A stretch of DNA of 64,000 bases, taken from positions 35,342,001 to 35,406,000 of the forward strand of contig NC_087245.1 of assembly GCF_037042905.1 (NCBI RefSeq), read 5' to 3'. The stretch's first letter is position 1. Each line of letters opens with the position of its first letter. The translations under genes and the position numbers were made by a program. Below, in pieces: positions 51,601 to 62,900 of the stretch. A model generated the notes under the pieces. The model worked only from the letters and a program-made list of their open reading frames with translations. It was not told where the DNA came from and did no database searches. This DNA comes from Lytechinus pictus (taxonomy: Eukaryota).

Positions 51601-54600
51601 GTTTTCTGCTGGTAGGTAACCCTATTACCAATGACCTGAATGGGTTTGATTTCAGGGAGACAGCACCAGCTGGTAGCAGTGCTAACATGTTTGAAAACAA
51701 TCCACAAGCAGCTCTACAGGTGAGATATCTTGTGTAGCATTTCATTTAGAAGAAATTCATTCAATGTACATGTATACAAAGAAGTTGTTTATTTTCAAAT
51801 GTGTCCTGGTTCTACGTCTCATGAGGCTGTTACATTTACATCGTTGCGTTTACGAAAACGTCACCAGGCACGAAACATGTGTGGCATCTAGGGTATCAAA
51901 ATATGAGACATTTGGAAAAAAATGGAAAGAGGATATAAAGGGAAGCATTTTGAGTGACAAAACTGTTTTCCACAAGGGCCCTAGCTGTCCGCATAACATA
52001 CAATTTGTTATAATTAAATCAGTATTTACACAATAAAGAGCACAATTTTTTGGATAAAGAATCAGAAAAAAACCTACAAATATATCTGCTGATAGTTAGA
52101 TAACACTTTCAGCTTTTTCACACATGATGTACATGTACGGAAAAGTGATCTGTTTAAACCTGTCATCTGTCCCTATGATGTTGGGCAGATACAAACTTGC
52201 TTTCTGCAAACTAGTCGGAGCAGTCTGCAGGTATGAAGTTCATTTGGAGAGACTATCCGCCCTTCACACGGGGAAAAGATTGTAATTTGAATGATGATTC
52301 CAGTGAAAAATAAGGCTAATGACAAATTCTAGCACGTGTGAAACCAAACAAGAACATGATTAGAATCATGAATGCTATAAATCACAATCACGAATTCAAA
52401 TTCTACTCTGGAGGGGCATTCCAGTTAAGTTTCACTCAAATTATGGTACGAATTTGCGTGTGAAAGGCTTGACCTCCAAAACATCTTTTGGTGGGCGGGG
52501 CTTACGTGAACTTTCAAGCACTTCCGTAGATAATACTATTGTTATGTACTCATCGTAGTTTGTATTTGCGATGCAGTTCTTTGATTGACAAGTCACCAAG
52601 GACACATACCGCCTTCGCTCAGGAATTCGAATTCAAATCACAGTTTTCGAGTGAGCGTGTGAAAGGTCCGATGATTCTAAAGACGAGTTGCAATCATCTT
52701 TACAATGATTCAAGATTCATGTGTGAAAAGGCCCTATGAGTTTTCATGTATGAAAGGATATTTGTCTTAAATACCTCGGTCACGTTTGCTCTACGGTGGC
52801 TGTACGGCGATTCAAAACAGCTGTTTTAACAATTTTTGTACCAGCTATACATAGGTGGTTTGAATAAAAATGAATAAAACGGCTGTTTTTGACTCGCCGT
52901 ACGGCCGCCGTAGAGCAAATGTGACCAAGGTATAACTGCGCAGAGCTTTGACTAGTGGACGATCTTCACTCAAAATAAGTGCACACACCAATCTGTCTGC
53001 TTGTAAACACAATGCACATTGTACTTACTGCGCATAATATCTTTAGACTAATCTGCTTGAAGGAATTATACGAATGTGTGAAGCAGAACTAGTATTTATG
53101 TGGAAAACAACTTAAATTATTTTATTTGTTTCAAAGGGAGGCTTAGCTGTTGCAACACCTGGTGAGCTGAAAGGATTAGAAGCAGCGTGGAAACAATATG
53201 GAAAGTGAGTGGTATAAACCGTGTACATAGCTTCCTATGACAGTCAACATTAATTCATGTTTGCTCCTCAAATTTGGCAACAATCATTAATTTTCCATTC
53301 ATATTTTTGGTTTGTAGAAATTAAGTATTGATAAAACGTGAGTAATAAATAATTATTGAAATTACTGACTGCACTTTTCCAAGGGCACATTTCTTTATTA
53401 CATCACAAAAGGATAATGTGAAAAATTTCACACAAAGAAATAGATATACTATACAAAGCAACACATTAATAAAGATATATATGCATTAGGGCCTAATATG
53501 CATAAGTTCGAATTAGTTATGTCGTGAGTTTGATGAGTCAACACTCCAAGAAAGCCTCTTCTTTCTTAAGTATGGGTATTTCTACTTTATTTGGTCATCA
53601 TTCAATGTCTTGTCATCAAAAGAGAGAGAGAGAGAGAGTGAAGCGAAGCAAAGCCTTGCAAATGCAAAGAAAGCATAAAAAAAGAAAGAGTAAGATCCCA
53701 AATTAATCACAGATATTCTAAAGAGAATCAAAATATAATTTTCCTCCCCATAATCAATGAATGAACCATTATTTTACATCATTTAGAACCTTGATTAGGA
53801 TCATTAGAAATTAATATTATATTCATTTCAACATTAAAAGTTCCATTTCTCCATACTACAGATTATAATGAAATAGATTAGCAATTATTGCAATTCTATT
53901 CAATTATAATAATATTGATATTTGTCCCGTAGGTTGAAATGGTCAGAGTTGGTAGAACCATCAATCGAACTGGCTGAAAATGGATTTCAAATCACTCAAC
54001 AGCTTGGTAAGACATTTTAAACATCTTTATGTTACTAGACTTTGCTCTATTTTGTCACTGTTTTTTTTTTCTGTAAGTCCTTCTGTCGTTTTTTTTATAT
54101 TTTCACCTCACATCATGGAACTACATTCTCTTCCTCCTTTTGAATTCTGGTATATGACCTTAACTGAAGTGATGGTTTGCACTTGCTTTTAAAATTTTCT
54201 ATCCTTGGCCCTGTTGCATAAGATTTTCTAAAAAATTGTAACTTTGCCAATTGCCTTTCAATGATAACATCATTTGCATGTACTGTTCTAATTGTATTCA
54301 TTAGGAACTATTCTTAAATCTTCATTTTTATTTATTGTGTTTTTCAGTCCCCCCCCTCTTTTTCATGGATTAAATTCAATTGTCCTTCTTGTATTTCTAT
54401 CCTTGTCAATATTATGAATTATCCAACTGAACGTGGTTGCGATGAATGACTCGGAATAAATAAACATGTCCATATTCTTTTTATGCTATTTCCTAGCTGC
54501 TGACATCAGCGAGACAGATTTCTCTTGGATGTCGGAGTCATTACGTGAGCTCTTTGAAAAGAAGAAATTCAATGATACCATCCACAGACCATCTCTTGCC

Positions 54601-57600
54601 AATCTCTTGAGGTTAATCGCTAAACAGGGATCAGATGTACTCTACAACAACGATACCATTGCACAACAGATCATAGATACGGTAAGGTATATCATTTTAG
54701 ATGACACCTAGATAGATCCTTGTCACTTGATTGGTTGGTCGATATCGATCATTCAGCCCATTTTACAATGACGTCGCCAAACCGTGCAATTTTGGATCCA
54801 TACGATTTTGTCCATTGCACGCACCCACCCACCCAGACTGCAGGCACCACTCGTGTTTGCAGCGCACATAATCAACAGACTGAGCTCGCACTGCATGAGC
54901 ATTTTTTGCATCGAAATTCACAAAAGTTGGAGGTGCAGGAGGCATCCTAAAATGAACCCAGTACCCTGTGGTAAAAAATTTCTTGAGGGATCTAGTCCGT
55001 AACACCTCCTTTTTATTCTTGATGCACCATCAAGTGGTGCCTGCAGTCTGGGTGGGTGGGTGCGTGCAATGGACAAAATCGTATGGATCCAAAATTGCAC
55101 GGTTTGGCGACGTCATTGTAAAGAACAAGAATCCTTTTTAGCATCTTAACCTTATTATATATCTATTTTTTTTTTCTCTCCTTTTGTTTCTTGTAGATTA
55201 GTATATCCTATGTTTTATGTTAATAATCATAAGTATTCCAGGGCACTATTCACAAGCTTTGCTTTTAAAGGGGTCCTAAAACCAATTCGTCTATGCTATA
55301 ATCTAATCGATGTATGTTCATGTACTCATTTACGTTGTATGTATATCTATTTTGATTATGATGTGATTTTTTTGGTTTTGAATAAATAAACTTGAAACTT
55401 GGGTTTTTTTTTATCCAGGTTGGAGGTGCGGGAGGCATCCTGAGTCTTGAAGACATACACAAGTACACCAGCCAGCCAGCCACGCCCATCCAGTCTTCCT
55501 ACAAACTCCATCATATCTTCAGCATGCCAGCCCCCAGCTCAGGGGCATCCATCCTCTCTTCCCTACATACCATGTCTGCTCTCAACCTATCCATCTCGAG
55601 CGACACGCCCGCATCGAGCTACCATCAAGTCATTGAAATATCCAAATTCATCGCCGCCATGGCACGCCAACTCGGTGACCCTCGGCAGACACCCACGACG
55701 GCAAATTTGACAGATTCTATGCTGAGCGACAATACCACAGAGCGAGTCCGAGATATGGTGAACGATACAGCAACGTACGATTATACATATTACTTTCAAG
55801 GGGACGTCTTCCAGCAGCTATATGCAACTCGAGCCACATCTTTGGTGTCTGTTGCTGATGGGAATAACAACCTTGTGTCACTTACAAGGTAAGATTTACA
55901 CCCTTTATAGTATTTTAGCAGTAAAAACAAAAAAGAAGGCATGGACAAAGTTGCCAACTAATACGCTTTAACGATATTTGGTATGTTTCTTCTTAATCAA
56001 AAGTGACAAAATATGATTTTTTTATTGCAAAATGTGGTTTTTTGTTAAATTTGATTGGCATGCTTCATATGTGTAATTTTTCAATTTTTTGTACCAAAAT
56101 GTGTTTTTTGGCAGCTCTGCATGGATAATATAAGAGACTTCCTTGTCCCTCAGCATACATATATACTCAAATTCATATTATTGATTAATCTGTACCAAAG
56201 CTTTATACATGATTTAATATGAGCTACCATATGGTACCAAGGCTGCAGCAGATATTGTACTTTCATTTCTACAAGGTTCCCATATATAAAGAAAACATGT
56301 GTACATACGTGCTTATGAATAATGGTAAAATTTACTCTTGGATAGATTTGTAATACTTGATACATGTCTATCAATATACAATTTTCCCATGTAATTAATG
56401 TTAACTTTGTATGTGCCTTGTTTTGTTTTTTATGATGAATGGAATAAATGATATCAAATAAAAAAATATATTGTTATCTTTGACATCATCAACATAATTT
56501 TGTGCATTTTAGTTAATTGAGTGTTTTGTGGTGAAAAGAACTATTTTGGAATTGATGTTAGACCAAATGTAGTGTAGCTCATTTAGCAATTAGACAGTAT
56601 TGATAGTAGTACAGGTGGGAGTTTCATAAAGCTGTTCGTAAGTTAAGAGCGACTTTAAGAACGACTGTGAACCTTTCTTACGTGCTAAATAATCACCAAT
56701 GGACATTTAACGGTGAATATCATTTACCACAAGAAAGGATCACTAGTCGTTCTGAAAGTCTTTCTTAACTTAAGATCGGATTTATGAAACGGGCCCCGGA
56801 TAGTAGAAGACCAAGTGGATATCTATAGCAATGAGTAGATTTTGATTTGATATTACTTTATTGAAATCACAGTAAAGGAAAGAAATTTACAAAGTCAATA
56901 CAAAACATAATAAATATTAAGATAGGCCCAGGTCATGACGCATTACTGCCGATGTAGGGCAGTAGTGTAAAACTTAATGTACAATTTTGATGTAACAGGT
57001 ACATAACATATACATATCTTTAAAAAATGAGTATGTGAAATAATAATAACAGACAAAGTTGGGGGCCAATCACCACAGCGTAGGCAAATATCGGGAATGA
57101 TTGCGACCACAATACTAAATCTGATGGGACTACCATTGAAATAAAAGTTATTATTCTGACTGGGATTAAACTTGATGGAAACATTGGACATTTGATTAGT
57201 TTAATCCAGTAGGATGGGTTCTGTTGTCTGGTCATTAAAGGAAACCAAAACCCAAGAAGAGAAGCAATCTTATTAGAAAGAGTAATATGAGAGGAACAAT
57301 TTAAAACAAGTTTCATCAAAATCGGTTATGAAATAAGCAAGTTATGGACGTTTAAAAAGTCTTGTTGTACTTTCTATGGGGATCCTCAAATTGGCAAACA
57401 TGCTTCAAAATGGCTGATTTTGTGGACAACTCACCATTTGTTTTGTACACAAATTTTCAGATTTTTTTCCTTTATTTTACATATTTCACATTATCTCCTC
57501 CTGACCTTGACATATGTGGTGTGAAGCATATTTTCCCATGACATGTTGTGCTCAGAAGGAGGCACGATGCAATTTGAAAGATAATGAGGAATATCTGAAA

Positions 57601-59927
57601 ATTTGTGTACAAAACGAAATGAGAGTTGTCCACAAAATCAGCCATTTTGAAGCACGTTTTGCCAATTTGAGGATCCCTATAGAAAGTACAACAAGAGTTT
57701 TCAAACTTCCATAACTCGCTTATTCTATAACCGATTTTGATAAAACAGGTTTTAAATTGCTCCTCTCATTTTACTCTTTCCAATAAGATTGCTTCTCTTC
57801 TTGGGTTTTGGTTTCCTTAAAATATATGAAGATATATCTTGCTCTGGGTTTTCTCAACACACGTGCCATACATGGAGTAGAACTATGAAGGTTTCATATT
57901 TCGTCTTTTTTTCTATCAGTACTCTCAACTCTCCGTTTGGTTCTGGTTTGATGACACCTGATGGGATTATTCTAAACAATGCAATGAACAGCTTCAATTG
58001 GGATGGGAAATACTTGACACCAAATACAGTCGTTCCTCAGGTGAGGTTTATTTCCACCATTCGGTCATTTCAGTGTTAGTGTTTCAGTATAGTATTGTTG
58101 GTGTTGAGAGCACAAATAAGACCTCCACCACCTAACACTAAAACCAGTTGTTCTTGGTGAGGTTTATCAGTTTCAGTTTCGTTTATTTTTTCAATTATCT
58201 CACATAATATAACATTCAACAAGAAAGAATAAAGCAATGATAGAATACTACAATACAATCAATAATTGTATTTTGATGAAATTTTCAGTGTAAGGCTTGT
58301 TGGATTTTTCTCTATTTATTCAAATCAACATTTTTCTGGGGTGGACATGTCCATTAAGTCACTAGTGGATGATTTCAATGTTAGTGTGAACCCTAACTTA
58401 CCCACACCAAATACAGTCTTCCATGAGGTGAGGTTTATGGGATGATTTCGGTGTTAATGCTGGTGTTGGTGTTAAGAGCACAGAAGTGTTGAGAGCACAG
58501 AAGTGTTGAGAGCACAAATGATTCCATAGCTCCCACACCAAATACAGTCTTTCCTGAGGTGAGGTTTGTGGGATGATTTCAGTGTTAATACTGGTGTTAT
58601 TGTTAAGAGCACAGAAGTGTTGAGAGCACAAATGATTCCATAGCTCCCACACCAAATACAGTCTTTCCTGAGGTGAGGTTTATGGGATGACTTCAGTGTT
58701 AATACTGGTGTTATTGTTAAGAGCACAGAAGTGTTGGTAGCACAAATGATTCCATAGCTCCCACACCAAATACAGTCTTTCCTGAGGTGTGGTTTATGGG
58801 ATGATGTCAGTGTTAATGGTGGTGTTGGTGTTACAAGCACAGATAGGTTACTGGATTCTGCCCTTGATATATACATGTAGCACCAGTGGTGGTTCTAACA
58901 TGCTCATTTACCTTATTCCATACATGTAGGCTAACGCAATATCACCAGGTCGACGACCAATGTCCAACATGGCTCCATTGCTCACATGGAGTGAAGAGAG
59001 TCCTTGCCTCGCTCGGTATGCCATCACCGGAATAGGACCAACATCCATTCAGTCAGCACCAATAGATGTAGCTCTAAAGCTCTTATCATTAAATGTGTCT
59101 CTCTCGAACGATGTCGAACGCGACAACAGGATATTTCCCTCGCTTTACCAAAACCTAGTGAATGTTGAAGGTAAGACAGTTCAACAAACTTTTTTTGAAA
59201 ATTGCATTCTATCTGTCGTCTTATTTAAATCTGTATGACCATAGTGTTCGAACTGTACTTCATTTTGTAAGTCTGTATTTATCCTTTATATTGCTCAAAT
59301 ATATGTTCATGTGAAAAATGTTCATTATGTTAAAATGATATACATAACTTCAGTCTACTCCTAATCCCTTCCCATTTTTCGTTCTGACATTACTTCTTTT
59401 TTTTGGTATACATTTCTCTCTGTATCCGCTTCACTATATCTGTTGTATACTGAATTTTACCACACTACACTATACATGCCCGCCTGCCCCCCCCCCCCCC
59501 ACCCGTCTGTATGTCTGTCTGTCTATCTATCTCTATCCATCCATAAATTGAGGAAAAAATAATAATCATTGCTTGATTGCTAACTTACACGACCTTGTTT
59601 GTATCAGCCTAATGAACTGGTTTTAAATACTTTTAATGTAAGCAATTTTTGAATGCTCAAAAAAGAATCCTGTATATTCTATCATCTACTTAATGTTGTA
59701 CATGATAAAACTGCATTTGGAAAATTAATAATTTCTGTTTCCTTCTTCCATTCTTTCATCTAGATGGTCTAAGTCCTTCGATACAGGAAGGTTTAGAAGA
59801 GCTAGGACATGTAGTGCAATCAAAAAGATATCGTCTAGGTGTTGTCAATGTTGCTTCTGAAGCCAAAGATAAACTCACAGCTCACTCTGATACCAGAAGA
59901 TTAGGTGCCAAAGCATCAGATTTTTAG
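24763..59927 (+). CDS. GGT7: Gamma-glutamyltransferase/glutathione hydrolase 7-like type II membrane protein, 634 aa. Exons 24763-24892, 47552-47727, 48346-48497, 51596-51719, 53137-53204, 53933-54006, 54497-54681, 55419-55888, 57920-58040, 58930-59170, 59764-59927
   Basis: Eleven GT-AG exons sum to 1905 nt in one frame. Motifs: DGLRFIIVTSLVFALAVT (GGT7-like TM), GHAVDAAVAAAFCLGVV..SGLGGGGF, DFRETAP, PGELKGL, TSTLNSPFGSG, PGRRPMS, SDTRR. Family is secure; GGT7 orthology is inferred from the long cytoplasmic N-terminus and TM segment. Confidence 0.9.
24959..25238. mobile_element. MITE
   Basis: TIR GCCATCACACTGGGTTATCGCGTCGGGTCGGGCAATC and its reverse complement. Confidence 0.75.
25670..26265. 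repeat. Left subterminal array, ~39-40 bp units built on the palindromic AACTGGT(A/G)CCAGTT motif
   Basis: Directly visible tandem units such as ccagttggaaacatgagttgtcaactggtgccagtta. Confidence 0.9.
26931..30068 (-). CDS. Hypothetical 145-aa spliced ORF inside the CMC element (exons 29947-30068, 29180-29281, 28648-28746, 26931-27045)
   Basis: Good CAG acceptors; donors are GTAAGT and two AA|GCAAGT (GC type); phases 2-2-2 join without a stop; no homolog recognised beyond the RTE-derived start. Confidence 0.35.
27560..28109. mobile_element. Truncated TTAA-type MITE inside the CMC element
   Basis: Right end CCATCCCT|TTAA; internal inverted repeat atgaatattcattagg / cctaatgaatattcat. Confidence 0.55.
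28405..29463. repeat. ~530 bp tandem duplication inside the CMC element; a third, diverged copy lies at ~26950-27300
   Basis: ttttacattgtattttcatcacggagcctagacaagcc... appears at ~28410 and ~28936, near identical. Confidence 0.9.
29947..30115 (-). mobile_element. RTE-clade LINE ORF2 C-terminal fragment
   Basis: GRPKTTW (shifted frame) followed by EEEMKSVNMTWG..QKKAQ..QEWRS..FVAALH resembles the RTE ORF2 C-terminus. Confidence 0.6.
30845..30985 (-). promoter_or_regulatory. Internal promoter of the CMC element
   Basis: YY1 GCCATCTT (30848-55), two TTTGAA CHR-like motifs (30859-70), CCAAT (30875-79), E2F-like TTTGGCGG (30889), octamer ATTTGCAT (30906-13), NRF1 TGCGCATGCGCA (30954-65), GC box; perfect CAG|GTAAGT donor downstream at 30691. 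Confidence 0.55.
32445..33735. repeat. Right subterminal array, ~155-160 bp units with AACTGG/CCAGT motifs
   Basis: gggtttcaagtgggttatgggaggtctatgggttccaactgg recurs at ~32526, 32686, 32731, 32892, 33048 and 33208. Confidence 0.9.
34136..37475 (+). mobile_element. 5'-truncated CR1/L2-clade LINE (RT domain), split by a nested LINE; pieces ~34136-35200 and ~36749-37475
   Basis: KIAKVVPIFKKG, YRPISLL, DLSKAFDTVDH, GVPQGSLLGPLLFILYIND, FADD, with stops and frameshifts; ORF resumes as LLKVEDIY after the insert; 3' stem-loop and AATAAA tail. Confidence 0.9.
35200..36748 (-). mobile_element. Second 5'-truncated CR1/L2-clade LINE inserted antisense into the first
   Basis: DLSKAFDCIDH, GVPQGSNLGP, LQKRAIRII, YSGPLIWNSLP; 3' tail AATAAATGAATTTGAA near 35200. 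Confidence 0.9.
38322..38766. mobile_element. MITE with poly-G/poly-C termini
   Basis: GGGGGCAGTCAAAT.TATTGCTGTACACACGCATG and its reverse complement. Confidence 0.8.
42772..43050. mobile_element. MITE
   Basis: ~55 bp TIR CCAGGGCCCCATCTTACAAAGAGTTGCGATTGATCC. Confidence 0.8.
46019..46488. mobile_element. MITE; partial copy at ~62260-62430
   Basis: TIR GAGGCTGTTCTCACTACG / CGTAATGAGAACGGCCTC, TATA flanks. Confidence 0.8.
47552..47727 (+). CDS. GGT7: GGT7-like exon 2 (transmembrane anchor)
   Basis: Hydrophobic FIIVTSLVFALAVTIGMVISIIAGI; CAG acceptor, GTAAG donor. Confidence 0.9.
48346..48497 (+). CDS. GGT7: GGT7-like exon 3
   Basis: HGAIATDVEVCSDIGADVLKRGGHAVDAAVAAAFCLGVVHGHYSGLG. Confidence 0.95.
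48937..49520. mobile_element. TTAA-flanked fold-back MITE (Kolobok-like)
   Basis: TTAA|AGGAGAATGAAAC ... GTTTCATTCTCCT|TTAA with long internal inverted repeats. Confidence 0.85.
49623..50368. mobile_element. TA-flanked MITE
   Basis: CTGTCTTCACACTGG / CCACTGTGAAGATGG. Confidence 0.6.
51596..51719 (+). CDS. GGT7: GGT7-like exon 4
   Basis: GGGFLL...FDFRETAPA...MF. Confidence 0.95.
52774..52930. mobile_element. Small palindromic MITE, TA flanks
   Basis: CCTCGGTCACGTTTGCTCTACGG / CCGTAGAGCAAATGTGACCAAGG. Confidence 0.85.
53137..53204 (+). CDS. GGT7: GGT7-like exon 5
   Basis: GGLAVATPGELKGLEAAWKQYG. Confidence 0.93.
53933..54006 (+). CDS. GGT7: GGT7-like exon 6
   Basis: LKWSELVEPSIELAENGFQIT. 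Confidence 0.93.
54497..54681 (+). CDS. GGT7: GGT7-like exon 7
   Basis: RPSLANLLRLIAKQGSDVLY; TAG acceptor, GTAAG donor. Confidence 0.92.
54762..55122. repeat. 90-bp perfect inverted repeat (54762-54851 / 55033-55122) in GGT intron 7
   Basis: Base-by-base reverse complementarity of the two arms. Confidence 0.9.
55419..55888 (+). CDS. GGT7: GGT7-like exon 8, including the predicted autocleavage Thr (codon 55836-55838)
   Basis: GGILSLEDI...PAPSSG...LGDP...A-TSLVSVADGNNNLVSLT. Confidence 0.93.
56612..56799. mobile_element. Palindromic MITE
   Basis: GTTTCATAAA..TAAGTTAAGA..AGAACGACT and its reverse complement. Confidence 0.7.
57239..57817. mobile_element. Fold-back MITE (Kolobok-like)
   Basis: AGGAAACCAAAACCCAAGAAGAGAAGCAATCTTATT and its reverse complement; ~230 bp arms. 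Confidence 0.85.
57920..58040 (+). CDS. GGT7: GGT7-like exon 9
   Basis: TLNSPFGSGLMTPDGIILNNAMNSF. Confidence 0.93.
58404..58845 (+). repeat. 114-bp minisatellite (4 units) derived from the exon 9/intron 9 junction
   Basis: Units start at 58404, 58535, 58649 and 58763. Confidence 0.9.
58930..59170 (+). CDS. GGT7: GGT7-like exon 10
   Basis: ANAISPGRRPMSNMAP... Confidence 0.92.
59764..59927 (+). CDS. GGT7: GGT7-like exon 11 (terminal)
   Basis: LEELGH...AHSDTRRLGAKASDF*; TAG stop 59925-59927; candidate AATAAA at 60267-60272. Confidence 0.9.
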
Positions 59928-62900
59928 GTTAGCTTAGTTAATAATAATATTTTTTATTCATCCATACATGTAAAGTTACACAGGTTTTGTCTTCTTTTGC
60001 TACTCAATGTGGCAAAAATTGTTGATTTTTTATTCATTGTCATAATTTTAAAATTCAAAATGAATAGTAATATGTGGAATTAAAAAATGTAAACTGAATC
60101 ACATTTTGAATGTGTGTAATGATACTAATGATTAGCTTATTAAAGTTAAATGTGTTTTTTTAGACAAGGGTTACTCCAATTGAAAAGGGTTTTGTTGTGT
60201 TTTCTTTTTGTTTGTTTTTGTTTTTGTTTTTGTTTTAATCATATTCCTTGTGTGATTGCCAACATTAATAAAACTTAGACATAAGGGAGCATCCTGCTAA
60301 AGTTTCAGGTCACATGACCAAGGTCAAAGGTCATTTAGGGTCAATAAACTTTGACCATGTTGGGGGTATTTATTGAATTGCCATCATAACTTTGAAAGTT
60401 TATGGATTTAGTTCATTAAACTTGGACAAGTCTTAGGTCACATGATCGATGTCAAAGATCATTTATGGTCAATGAACATGTTATCATATGAATGGTGTTT
60501 TTCTTAATAGTTATTCTTCAGGACTAGTTGATTTCAAAGTCAGCACTGCTGCTATATTGAATTGCCTTATGCAGGCAAGACTGCCAAAGGCATTCCACTT
60601 GTCTAAAAATAAATGGTAGGGATACATAAATTTGAAGAACAAACATAAACACACACACAAAATGGAATTATGGAAGTATTCATTGTACTAAGTGTAATGA
60701 AGTCATGAAATTTGCAATTTACATGAAATTATTGAGTTAAAATTTTAAAAAAAGTTAATACGTATATGAAAAATTTGATTGGGCTATTATATTTGTTGTG
60801 TGCAGTTAACGCAATTTTTTTTGAAAACTTACACACAAGCCAAAATCGTATTTTTTAATAGAAAAACTGAATTGTTAATAATATGGTAATAATTTAATAT
60901 TCATACTTTTCTATTAATTTGATAGAAATTATGGGTAGAGAATTGGATCCAGTCACTGAGATATTCAAGAATGTGTAGCAGTACATATAGTGCAATCTGT
61001 GGAAACCATTCAGTTATGCACTTTTCTGCAAAATTAGTAATATTACACTTATTCTCAATTTCTATGGTAATTAGTCCTGCTTGAGTGAACACAATAAATC
61101 ACTTCAGTTATCAGGCAGTTGCCACTGTTAGTCTCTTACAACAGGAGTTTTTACAACATGAAAGACTATTTAATTACAACTGTTAACTGCCTTTATTCGA
61201 ATCAATCTGAAACTATCAAGAATCAGAAAATTTGCTTTATAAACATTACAAGTACGCCCTTTTTTTTCTTGAAAATATGATTATCTTCTTTAATCAAATA
61301 TGATTTTCCCACTAGAATCTTTTTAGAATTATCCTTTGTGAAACCAAAGAGCCATCAGGCTATGAGTAGTTTCAGAGGGCTGATTATTTGATACAACCCA
61401 GAAATTTATGACTGAGTGAAACAAGCAAGCTGAAACAATTATATTTCTTTAATAGGTAATGATTTTTTTAATGAAATATATAGTGAAATCACCCTTTCAG
61501 ACATTCAAGGTAAATTCAACGAGAAAAATGAATGACTGCAATTACTTATTGCCTTTTTTTTAATTTGGGGGCAGCTCGAGGGAGTTGTTTCTTCAAACAA
61601 TCTTTGTGGAATTCTTGACCCCTTCAGTATACCAATGTAGATGATTTAACAATTTACATGTATTATGATGCAATAACGGTGAAATAGCAGTGAAAATGCA
61701 GCAAGTGTACACATAATGAAATACCTCATGTGCTATCATTTTATCCAGGTATTATGTTTTGAAAACTAGAGGTCTTTATTGTATTCAATTAGTAATTTTC
61801 TCTTTGCCATAACTCTGAGGTATTTGAAACATCCGAATGATGCATAATATGGGGTAAAAGATATCTCCCAGTATGCGTCACTAAAAATACTGCACAAATT
61901 CATGTTTTTACTGCATTGAATATACTTACTGAAATCTTAATATTTTTATTTTACAGAAACTGTCACATTTATTATTCATGTGCAATTTGTTTAGGATTAT
62001 TGAAGATATTGGGTAGCGATCATTTTTATGTGAATAAAGATAAATTAAGATTGCACTTATATAAGATACACAATATTTTATTTTGTCTTCGCAACATGAC
62101 AATTACAAAGAAAGTTGTTCTATTTTCTTTGTAATCCTATGCATATATATTGCAGTTTAAAACCTGTGTGTGATAGAAGGAAAGATAGGCATCTGTGGAC
62201 CTAAAACACAAACTTGATGGTAGGCCTGATTAACATTGATTGTTTAATCAAGTGTAATAGAAACTAGTTTAACACAATCGTATTAGCGGTCTTCCAAAAC
62301 AGTTTGGAAAACCACCTTGCGATGTGGTTTTTCTAGACCGCTTTACCTCCTTAAACTAGTTCAAGCATAGGTGAGGACACAACTGTTCTTCGGGAAGCGA
62401 TGTTCACACGTGTTGGGCGTGCTATTCCACAATTAATTTCTTATGGATTTTATTGTTTTTTGAATTCTTATGCATTTCTTTGTTTTTTCAAACCTTTGTT
62501 TTTCTGATGATTTTTGTCAGGGACCCTTTTGCGATCATAAATAGCATAAAATGAATACATTTAAACCAACAAAAGTAAAAATAATCATACATTTATGATT
62601 TTTGGTTGAAAAACACAATGTGCATTGACTTTGTACACGGAATCACGTCTTTTGAGCAGAAAATGCAATATTTCAAATATACCACTTAAGCATAATTTTA
62701 CACTTAGTGAAACACCCCCCCCCCTTGTCTAATCTTTGCCAATCAAATCACAACCAACATCAGCATCTAATAACATACAATGCAACTTGTTATTGATGTC
62801 AAGTTTAGTGAAACCATGAAGCTATAGCTTCATGGTGAAACATTGCCTACATGTACCAAAATTGTTGCACTTTGAGAATGGGGCATTATTTATAGTGTGT

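Noticed and set aside
58398..58876. Cys/His-repeat ORFs (KDCIWCG..) resembling zinc fingers
   Set aside because: They arise from translating a 114-bp minisatellite antisense to a GGT intron.
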